Source: a virus
DNA: 64,000 nucleotides
Virus record (IMG/VR): IMGVR_UViG_3300027759_003827
Coordinates: 1-64,000 of that record
Direction: 5' to 3' (one strand)
Made by a program: the position numbers and the translations under genes. Below the pieces are notes generated by a model that was not told the origin of the DNA, made no database searches, and saw only the letters and a list, made by a program, of their open reading frames with translations. Within the stretch, counting starts at the first letter, position 1; the number at the start of each line of letters is the position of its first letter. Positions 37,296 to 44,179 of the stretch are shown here, one piece after another.

Positions 37296-37571
37296 TTATT
37301 TTTTAGTTATTAATTTGTTTTCTAATTTATCTATGCGTGAATCTATAATAGCAACTAGACTGTCCTGACGACTGTCCATTTCTCTGTGTATATTATCAAA
37401 TTGATCGTTCATATCTCTATAAACATGTGATTGATTGTGATGTACACATCTTTCAACTTCCTTTAGATGTTCTTCTAATCTACTTACCTTAACGAAAGCA
37501 TAAACAGCAACTATTGCAACAGCAATAACCACTACAAATGCTATCCCTAAAACGAATGATAGTGTTTCCAT
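37296..37571 (-). CDS. membrane-anchored coiled-coil protein
   Basis: N-terminal TM; AGGAG SD-like site upstream. Confidence 0.85.
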   Translation of the reverse strand: METLSFVLGIAFVVVIAVAIVAVYAFVKVSRLEEHLKEVERCVHHNQSHVYRDMNDQFDNIHREMDSRQDSLVAIIDSRIDKLENKLITKK

Positions 37572-37589
37572 AATTTATTTCTCCTGTAT

Positions 37590-37607
37590 GTTAAAGAACA
37601 GTAACTT
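37590..37607. repeat. inverted repeat arm containing boxA-like TGTTCTTTAAC
   Basis: exact reverse complement of 37272-37289. Confidence 0.92.
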
Positions 37608-37608
37608 G

Positions 37609-37767
37609 CTGTAGGGGCTGGAATCGAACCAGCACGCTGCGATTCAATATAAGACAAATAAGCCGGCTTTGTGGTCAACCCATATCTTACATCTATCTCT
37701 GATCAGCACCCCCTAGACGAGAGGGCACGTCTGCCACGAGGAGCGACCTCTTTTCCGCCACCCTACA
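37609..37767 (-). ncRNA. oversized tRNA-like RNA (159 nt; GTC at the centre of the anticodon loop)
   Basis: acceptor TGTAGGG/CCCTACA, T-arm GCTGG-TTCGATT-CCAGC, anticodon stem CCCTC/GGGGG, inserts in the D-loop and variable region. Confidence 0.75.
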
Positions 37768-37772
37768 ATTTA

Positions 37773-38021
37773 TTAATCGATAACGTCTTCACTAAGGTCG
37801 ATATCAAACTTCGATTGATTAATTCTAGCTTGCTCTGCTTCTTTAACCATTCTAATCCAGGTCATAGATACATCTACTGGAGCTAGAATCCAGGCCATCA
37901 TTAATACCATAATAGAATCCATTTCTGGAGATGTTCCGTAATCTAACCCTCTAGTTCTATACTTGATGTTAAGACGGTAGAAGCAGTAAATAATACAGAT
38001 AATGTAGTAAATAAAAAACAT
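37773..38021 (-). CDS. small membrane protein (start 38021; the track extension overlaps tRNA-Gln)
   Basis: MFFIYYIICIIYC... Confidence 0.75.
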   Translation of the reverse strand: MFFIYYIICIIYCFYRLNIKYRTRGLDYGTSPEMDSIMVLMMAWILAPVDVSMTWIRMVKEAEQARINQSKFDIDLSEDVID

Positions 38022-38036
38022 ATAATTTAAGTTTAG

Positions 38037-38107
38037 TTCCCACTCATGGATTCGAACCACAACAAACAGTACCAAAAACTGTCGTACTACCGTTATACTA
38101 AATGGGA
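38037..38107 (-). tRNA. tRNA-Gln(TTG), CCA not encoded
   Basis: TCCCATT...ACAGT-TTTTGGT-ACTGT...GGTTCGAATCC..AGTGGGA. Confidence 0.9.
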
Positions 38108-38115
38108 TGAAAGAG

Positions 38116-38200
38116 CGGAAAGACAGGGATTCGAACCCCAGAACCTATTACAGTTGCCGGTTTTCAAGACCGGTGCATTCAACCACTCTGCCATCTTTCC
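38116..38200 (-). tRNA. tRNA-Ser(TGA), CCA not encoded
   Basis: GGAAAGA...CCGGT-CTTGAAA-ACCGG, long variable arm, GGTTCGAATCC. Confidence 0.95.
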
Positions 38201-38316
38201 GTTTAACCTAGCACCATCTCTAGGTCGTGTCCCTTCTAAGGTGTTACCTCTGACTGTCCATGCATGGAGTGGGATTCTGTCTCTGGTTGGCGGTTCACTA
38301 CTCCGCTTTAGCTCTG

Positions 38317-38389
38317 AGCCTCGCTACGGACTTGAACCGCAGACCTGCTGATTACAAATCAGCTGCTCTACCAGCTGAGCTAGCAAGGC
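38317..38389 (-). tRNA. tRNA-Thr(TGT), CCA not encoded
   Basis: GCCTTGCTAGCTCAGCTGGTAGAGC, CTGAT-TTGTAAT-CAG region, GGTTCAAGTCC. Confidence 0.95.
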
Positions 38390-38713
38390 AAATGCAACTT
38401 TTAAAGAGATTACCCTATGAGTTGCCAACATCGCCGACATACGATTCGGGGCTATTAAGCGAGCAGATCTTACGGTATGCCACGGCCGTCTTCGTCGTTC
38501 CACGTTCGAACGATAATAAATTCAGGAAAGTAGAAGATGGGTGCGTGGACATCTACTTTTACGATTGGCATTTCTAACCGCGAGGTACCCGCCCTTTCTA
38601 CAGTTAAAGGATACATTCCAATCAACCTTTAATATTATAACAACTACCTACAATTTTTCAAAGTCGCCTCCTCGTCATGCGATGGTTATACCCGCGGCAG
38701 GTAGTAGTTTTTG

Positions 38714-38785
38714 TTGCAAGAGAAGGATTCGAACCTCCGACCCCTAGGTTATGAGCCTAGTGAGCTACCTCTGCTCTATCTTGCG
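38714..38785 (-). tRNA. tRNA-Met(CAT), initiator-like (C1:A72 mismatch)
   Basis: CGCAAGA/TCTTGCA, CTAGG-CTCATAA-CCTAG, GGTTCGAATCC. Confidence 0.9.
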
Positions 38786-38788
38786 GTA

Positions 38789-39217
38789 TGGTGGAGATGG
38801 AGGGATTCGAACCCTCGTCTCCAGAAGTATAAATAATACCATTCTTACATGCTTTAGATCTACATTTTAAGCTGATCAGTAAAGGGCCGTACAGTTAAGT
38901 ACCAGTTACCACCACTTGGTTTTATGACTACCAAGAAACTCCCAGAAGGAGCAGAGCTATAATACTGAGACTATAGCGGGGTTCACAATCCTTATTTAAT
39001 GAGTCGATTGTGAGTACTCATCGAATTCTGTTCCAAGGTATTCGCACCCGATGCAATTAAGCCGCTACTGCGTACTCGTTCGCGCCTACGAAAGACATTA
39101 AGTCTTCGAAGGTCATAGTTGACATTTCGTCGTTTGTTGTTCGATAGAATATTTGAGTTCTACCACCTCTTGCATGCGATACTATCCATCTCATCTGGAT
39201 CAAGTCCAGGCATCCCC
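38789..39217 (-). ncRNA. ssrA: tmRNA; predicted tag (A)DEMSTMTFEDLMSFVGANEYAVAA at 39057-39131
   Basis: GGGGATG/CATCTCC acceptor with G3:U, T-arm GAGGG-TTCGAAT-CCCTC, encoded ACCA, tag ORF ending YAVAA-TAA. Confidence 0.93.
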
Positions 39218-39219
39218 AT

Positions 39220-39245
39220 ATTTTAAAGAACTGTATTATAAATAT
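39220..39245 (-). promoter_or_regulatory. promoter (TATATTTATA) and boxA-like GTTCTTTAAAA ahead of tmRNA
   Basis: TATATTTATAATACAGTTCTTTAAAATAT directly precedes GGGGATG. Confidence 0.6.
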
Positions 39246-39317
39246 ATAGAAGTATATAATAAAAGACCTTTCTAACTACGTAGTCTTTGCAGGCCGGACA
39301 CCCTGACGTCTTTTTCC

Positions 39318-39521
39318 TTACTTGATCTCTTCGTTACTAACTGGCTTCTCAGCTTCTACCTTATCCAAAGGTGTTACTGTTGAACCACCACCAGCAGTTG
39401 TATCAGCTACTACAGCTGTAGAATCTACAGTTACAGTAGTTGAATCAGTTTTTACTTCCGTAGAAGCGCCTCCGCATGCAGTTAATGCAGCGATAGCAAA
39501 CATTGCGATTACTTTTTTCAT
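39318..39521 (-). CDS. small lipoprotein
   Basis: lipobox LTA-C, DST repeats typical of Bacteroidota. Confidence 0.8.
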   Translation of the reverse strand: MKKVIAMFAIAALTACGGASTEVKTDSTTVTVDSTAVVADTTAGGGSTVTPLDKVEAEKPVSNEEIK

Positions 39522-39538
39522 CTTGTTCTTGTTTTTGT

Positions 39539-39790
39539 TTATTTAAATTGCGATAACACTTGGGTTAGTTGCGGCTTGGACATTACTCCGGAGTTTCTAT
39601 AAACTACATTTCCGCTATTCTCTACAATAATAGTAGGAACGCTTGACACGTTATATCTCTGTGCCATGTCTGGTTGTTGATCTACGTCAACATAATTAAT
39701 GCCTACGCCTATTTCTGCGCTTACTGCTTGAACTGTAGGTTTAAACATTTTACATGGACCGCACCATGCTGCTGTAAAGTATAATACCAT
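39539..39790 (-). CDS. trxA: thioredoxin
   Basis: WCGPC, SVPT. Confidence 0.93.
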   Translation of the reverse strand: MVLYFTAAWCGPCKMFKPTVQAVSAEIGVGINYVDVDQQPDMAQRYNVSSVPTIIVENSGNVVYRNSGVMSKPQLTQVLSQFK

Positions 39791-39817
39791 CTTTTATCTT
39801 TTTATAAATGTATGAAC

Positions 39818-40153
39818 TTATTCTGAATCATCCAACTTTACTGAATGCTTTTCTTGAACTCCTGGTAAAGCAATAATTACTGGTTCTACTTTGTATATAG
39901 AGTTTACAGTATGAGCTAAGTCGTATCCTTCTTGTTCTTCTATTTCTAATACTTGAGATGTATTAAAGAACCTATCTCCTTTAATCATAAGAAAGCATTG
40001 ATGTTCATTAGACTTCTCTAGGTTAATAGTCCCTTCCTTAACGTACCCTTCATTAATTTGATTAGGATGTTCGTTGTTAAATTTATTATCCTTTAATTTA
40101 GTCAATCGTATTACCGTGTCTCTATACTTACTAAAATCTATTAGCTCGCTCAT
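39818..40153 (-). CDS. hypothetical protein
   Basis: ORF track. Confidence 0.8.
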   Translation of the reverse strand: MSELIDFSKYRDTVIRLTKLKDNKFNNEHPNQINEGYVKEGTINLEKSNEHQCFLMIKGDRFFNTSQVLEIEEQEGYDLAHTVNSIYKVEPVIIALPGVQEKHSVKLDDSE

Positions 40154-40154
40154 A

Positions 40155-40592
40155 TTATTTTATTTTAAATTTAATATTTTTCTTTCCTATTTTAATTGAT
40201 TCTATAATTAAATCTTCATAGTCTCTTCCAAAAAACTCTTTTAAATTTCTTCCTCTAGAAAGGTAAGGGCCTCCTGAAGGATCTACCATATCGATAGTAT
40301 CCTTATCTGAATAAATATATTCTCCAAATAGTTTATAGAGAGCATTATTATACCAACCAGTACCGTCTTTCTCAACGTATAATGCTTCCTCAAATTCTTC
40401 AAGAGTTAGTAATTGATTCCCTTCCAATTTAGCGTCTATAATTGCACTTGTTACATACTTCTCGTATGCTACATCGTACTTGTTAGGCCAGCTATATCTA
40501 AAATAGGGACTATAACCAGACATAGTTACAGTTTTTCCCTTATGGTCAAAGGTAATCTTATCGTTGTAGCGGTTATGGTAGATTGCTTTCAT
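40155..40592 (-). CDS. hypothetical protein (NRY.D...MVDPSGGPY family)
   Basis: ORF track; early promoter GTTG-N20-TAATTTTA at 40597-40628. Confidence 0.8.
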   Translation of the reverse strand: MKAIYHNRYNDKITFDHKGKTVTMSGYSPYFRYSWPNKYDVAYEKYVTSAIIDAKLEGNQLLTLEEFEEALYVEKDGTGWYNNALYKLFGEYIYSDKDTIDMVDPSGGPYLSRGRNLKEFFGRDYEDLIIESIKIGKKNIKFKIK

Positions 40593-40631
40593 AGATTAAA
40601 ATTAAGGAGACTTATTTAACCTACCAACTTT

Positions 40632-41882
40632 TTATATGTTTATTTTAGATCCAAGTGCAAATACGTACATCAATGGAATATCAGGATTAGTACTCATATT
40701 AACTTTTAAATTAATATTTAATTTAAATTTCTTACTAAATCTAATATCTGTTCCAGCACCTGTAAAGAAGGAAACGTTAGCATCGTATGTAGCTTTCTTA
40801 TCTTGTTGACCGAACATTACAGGTGAGGAAATAAGGTATATTTCCGGAGATACTGTTTGTTTTCTACTAACTTGAAAGGGTCTAGTGTAGAAGGCTATGA
40901 TAGAGGGCGATAACATTATCTGAGTACCTGTTAAGATAAGGGAATTTCCACTTAAAGCAAGTCCTGCTACCGCTCCTTTGTTTAGAGGTTTTACAAAGGA
41001 CCATCCGTAGAATATAAACTTATTATCCCAATCTGTTACATAAGTTACACTAGTAGAAGTTACTCCAAATACCTTTCCTTTCTTCATTATAATATCAGAA
41101 GTGCTTCCTCCAATAACTACCTGCTTTAGGTCTGCTCTAACTGAAGTGCTTATTCCGTAACTAAACATACCTTCGTTTAAAGTCTTAGACATATTAACAT
41201 TGAAGGTAGGTACTATCATAGAGCCCATCTGTATTACTGATAAGTCTGCTTTAACGATAGGAGGATTAGCTTTACGTTCTTCTTTTTTCTTTTCTTGTTC
41301 TTTCTTCTTATTTTCAGATTTTTTCTCTGATTTAGATTCAGACTTAGATTCGTTACTTGAACTTTCTGATTTTGTTTCTCTTCCAGAACTCTCCGATGAT
41401 GAGTTTGATGACGACGACTCCCCAGAGGAGGATGAGGATTGGGAAGAAGAGGAGGATGAAGACGAGGTTGAAGAGGATGAGGAAGATATTGAAGTTCCTG
41501 ATGTAGATACGGCTGCTGTAGAAGCAGCACTTGAGCTTGCTGCAGATGCTGCTGATGAAGCTGCTTGAGAGGCAGCATTGCTTGCTGCTTGTGCGGCCTG
41601 TTGTGCCACAGTTGCTACTATTGCTATTGGACATGGTGTTGAGAAGATGTCATTAACCCATTTAGTTACTGTTCCTGATGCAAAGTCGGCATACGTAAAG
41701 ATTCTAGACTTATTTCTAATAAGTACTAATACTCCAGGTTGATTAGATGAGATAGGAACTACTACTGTGTAAACTTTGTTATCACAGGGGTCAATGTAGG
41801 TTTGAACAATATTCTGACCGTTCGCTTTATTAGCGAATATAAACGAAACTGATATTAAGACGGCTAGTATCCATTGTTTCAT
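40632..41882 (-). CDS. exported protein with Ser/Ala-rich linker and probable C-terminal outer-membrane beta-barrel
   Basis: signal peptide ANG-Q, poly-Ser linker, alternating beta-strand pattern ending GSKINI. Confidence 0.65.
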   Translation of the reverse strand: MKQWILAVLISVSFIFANKANGQNIVQTYIDPCDNKVYTVVVPISSNQPGVLVLIRNKSRIFTYADFASGTVTKWVNDIFSTPCPIAIVATVAQQAAQAASNAASQAASSAASAASSSAASTAAVSTSGTSISSSSSSTSSSSSSSSQSSSSSGESSSSNSSSESSGRETKSESSSNESKSESKSEKKSENKKKEQEKKKEERKANPPIVKADLSVIQMGSMIVPTFNVNMSKTLNEGMFSYGISTSVRADLKQVVIGGSTSDIIMKKGKVFGVTSTSVTYVTDWDNKFIFYGWSFVKPLNKGAVAGLALSGNSLILTGTQIMLSPSIIAFYTRPFQVSRKQTVSPEIYLISSPVMFGQQDKKATYDANVSFFTGAGTDIRFSKKFKLNINLKVNMSTNPDIPLMYVFALGSKINI

Positions 41883-42172
41883 TAATTTCTTCTAGAAGGA
41901 CGAGAAGGTAATTGTCTTGGTGGAACAAAACGATGAGTTGGCCTTTGAGGTATCCAGCGTTGTGGTTGATATCTAGGTGTAATCCATCTTTGAATTATAA
42001 TCGGAGTAAACTGTATAGGAGCATATTGATAATCGTAAATTACTCTCTGCTTCCTAACTATTGAATCTTGCGGACTAACGAACACATACTGAACTGGGGT
42101 GCAGCTAGCTATAAACATTGTTATCCACAGTAGTAATATAAATGCTACACAGATTGAAATTATTTTTTTCAT
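41882..42172 (-). CDS. Pro/Arg-rich lipoprotein
   Basis: lipobox IAS-C. Confidence 0.7.
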   Translation of the reverse strand: MKKIISICVAFILLLWITMFIASCTPVQYVFVSPQDSIVRKQRVIYDYQYAPIQFTPIIIQRWITPRYQPQRWIPQRPTHRFVPPRQLPSRPSRRN

Positions 42173-42173
42173 C

Positions 42174-42281
42174 TTACTTTACTTTATTTAAAATTACTTG
42201 ATTAGCTTTCACTAATTCTGCTTTCTTAACGCCAGATTTTTTAGATCTCATTGAACGCTTTTTCTTTGGTGCTGTTCCCAT
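42174..42281 (-). CDS. 35-aa highly basic peptide MGTAPKKKRSMRSKKSGVKKAELVKANQVILNKVK
   Basis: translated by hand; fills the gap exactly. Confidence 0.6.
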   Translation of the reverse strand: MGTAPKKKRSMRSKKSGVKKAELVKANQVILNKVK

Positions 42282-42284
42282 AAT

Positions 42285-43007
42285 TTACTTTTTAAAAACT
42301 TCTTTCTTAACCATGCGAGCTAGAATTCTTGCACAAGCAATATCTAAAGCTTTTTTGGTTGCAATTGAAACTGTTGATTGATTAAATTTAACTGGATCTA
42401 CTGTAGCGTCTGAAAGGAAGGTTAACTCTCTAGTTGTCTTAGCTTCACCAAGTCCTGATGCTGCTATGATTTCTCCTGTCTCTGCATTTGTAAATCTAAC
42501 TTGTAAGCCTAAACGAGTTACCATTTGATTCTTAACTCCGTTAGATAAATTTATTTCTTCGTCATCAGATACAGACCAGTCATATACCTCTACTTCTACA
42601 AAGTAATGTGCAAGTCTAATCTTACCTCTACCGTCTAATTTGTCTTGACTTATTCCAGCTTGTGATGCTTGAAACTGCTTGACCATTCTATTCTTAATCT
42701 CTGTCTTATCTTCTGTAAATGTAAAGCGATTAAGATTCTCTAAATATTCTAACGTGATATTAGCTACACCTAAACCTACTTTCTTCTCTTTAAGTTCTGG
42801 ATATTGCTCGTAGACTTCATCACCAATACCGCATTTAAGAATTTGAATAGGTATCGTTGGTCCATCGTAGTCTAAGTATTGACTAATATCGATTTTAGTT
42901 TCGAAGCTTGCTTTGTACTGCTCTGTCTTTGTTGACCCTATAGTTTGTGCAACAGCCACAGCACTGCTTAGTAAAAATAAACTTAATAAAGTTAATAACT
43001 TTTGCAT
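42285..43007 (-). CDS. CsgG/HfaB-like exported protein
   Basis: signal peptide; L..LNRFTFTE, GKIRLAHYFV.V.V.D, LQVRFTNAETGEII pattern. Confidence 0.75.
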   Translation of the reverse strand: MQKLLTLLSLFLLSSAVAVAQTIGSTKTEQYKASFETKIDISQYLDYDGPTIPIQILKCGIGDEVYEQYPELKEKKVGLGVANITLEYLENLNRFTFTEDKTEIKNRMVKQFQASQAGISQDKLDGRGKIRLAHYFVEVEVYDWSVSDDEEINLSNGVKNQMVTRLGLQVRFTNAETGEIIAASGLGEAKTTRELTFLSDATVDPVKFNQSTVSIATKKALDIACARILARMVKKEVFKK

Positions 43008-43012
43008 ACATG

Positions 43013-43234
43013 TTATTTCTTTTCTGGTTTTTCATACCAGATGTTATCTGGATCATTTTTAAATGTTCCGTCTATTTTCCACATAATAGCATTACCTACT
43101 TCTGTATTTAACTTTGGATCTACCTGCCAGGTAATTAACATAAAGACTTCAAAGCTTAAAGCTAGTATGGTCCATACAAAAAATAACTGTGCAAATCTCA
43201 AAAGTAACAAATCCTTAATTTTATTCATAAACAT
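43013..43234 (-). CDS. small membrane protein
   Basis: one TM. Confidence 0.7.
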   Translation of the reverse strand: MFMNKIKDLLLLRFAQLFFVWTILALSFEVFMLITWQVDPKLNTEVGNAIMWKIDGTFKNDPDNIWYEKPEKK

Positions 43235-43239
43235 ATATT

Positions 43240-43482
43240 TTAGTTTTCTTCTTCTTTCTTCTTACTGAACTTATCCCAAGTATCTCCTGCTACAGTAGCA
43301 ATAGTGATAAGCATCACCGCTTCTACTAATTTATCTGAAGGTTTGATATCTCCGTGAGAGAAGCTGTTTGCTAATAAAGTACCGCATAAAAATAGAGAGC
43401 ATACAAAACCAATTAATGGTTTCATTGAAATTGATCCTTTTTCATCTTTAAATAAGTCTATTACGAATTCTTTAAATGTCAT
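43240..43482 (-). CDS. two-TM holin-like protein
   Basis: F.DE.G.IS..., two TMs, basic tail. Confidence 0.65.
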   Translation of the reverse strand: MTFKEFVIDLFKDEKGSISMKPLIGFVCSLFLCGTLLANSFSHGDIKPSDKLVEAVMLITIATVAGDTWDKFSKKKEEEN

Positions 43483-43506
43483 GATTGTTAATTTTGTTGT
43501 TATAAA

Positions 43507-43818
43507 TTACCATTGAGCGGGTTTTTCTTTAAACTCGTCTCCTTCTTTTTTCTTAACCGGAGCTGAAGGTTTAGTTTCTGCTGCTTTTTCTTTTATAACT
43601 ACTGTTTTAGTTCCTCCAGCAGCCTGTTGTTGTTGCTGAGAGTTATTAATAATGATAGATGGTTGAGCTACTTGCTCTGTACGAGCTTCTTCTTTATGAC
43701 CGCCAGTTAACTTAGTTGTAACCCATCCTCCTACTCCTAACGTTACTGTGCTTACTAGTGTAATAAGAATACCTTTAAAGGATTTTCCAGTTGATTCTTG
43801 TTCTACCTCTTCTGACAT
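43507..43818 (-). CDS. single-TM protein with Gln-rich low-complexity tail
   Basis: ORF track. Confidence 0.75.
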   Translation of the reverse strand: MSEEVEQESTGKSFKGILITLVSTVTLGVGGWVTTKLTGGHKEEARTEQVAQPSIIINNSQQQQQAAGGTKTVVIKEKAAETKPSAPVKKKEGDEFKEKPAQW

Positions 43819-43824
43819 ATTAAA

Positions 43825-44178
43825 TTATTTTATAATGATTGGAAATTTAGCTTCTTTTCCGCTTATATCTATAAATATCAAGTCGTAGTCCTTTTTTGCT
43901 AGATCTGATAAATTGTATATCTTCTTAGTAACTATTTCTGTAGCTGTAAAACCATCTGTTTTAACGGGTTTTTCGCTTCCAAAAGGAATTATTTGCACAG
44001 AATACTTAGCTCCAATAGTAGTTTCAAACTCAGCTGTAACTACATTGTCTATCTGCTTTATAGACTTAATGCTTGTTGAAGTAGCCGTAACTCCTAAATC
44101 AATTACTTGTTGAGGTGTAGGAGTAATCTTTGTACAAGCTACTAAGAACATAACCATTATTAATGCTGCTTTTTTCAT
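43825..44178 (-). CDS. lipoprotein with beta-sandwich-like domain
   Basis: lipobox LVA-C. Confidence 0.7.
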   Translation of the reverse strand: MKKAALIMVMFLVACTKITPTPQQVIDLGVTATSTSIKSIKQIDNVVTAEFETTIGAKYSVQIIPFGSEKPVKTDGFTATEIVTKKIYNLSDLAKKDYDLIFIDISGKEAKFPIIIK

Positions 44179-44179
44179 T

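Noticed and set aside
38665-38685. HDV-like CCTCCTCG loop on the plus strand
   Set aside because: Opposite to the transcribed strand of the RNA operon, and I could not build the P1/P1.1/P2 nested pseudoknot.
38046-38747. Plus-strand ORFs 38046-38351, 38260-38577 and 38541-38747 (also 37671-37886)
   Set aside because: They are antisense to tRNAs and structured RNAs and are open only because of higher GC.
41200-41634. Overlapping ORFs 41200-41568 (+), 41234-41578 (-) and 41353-41634 (-)
   Set aside because: Alternative frames of the low-complexity Ser/Ala linker of the 416-aa gene.
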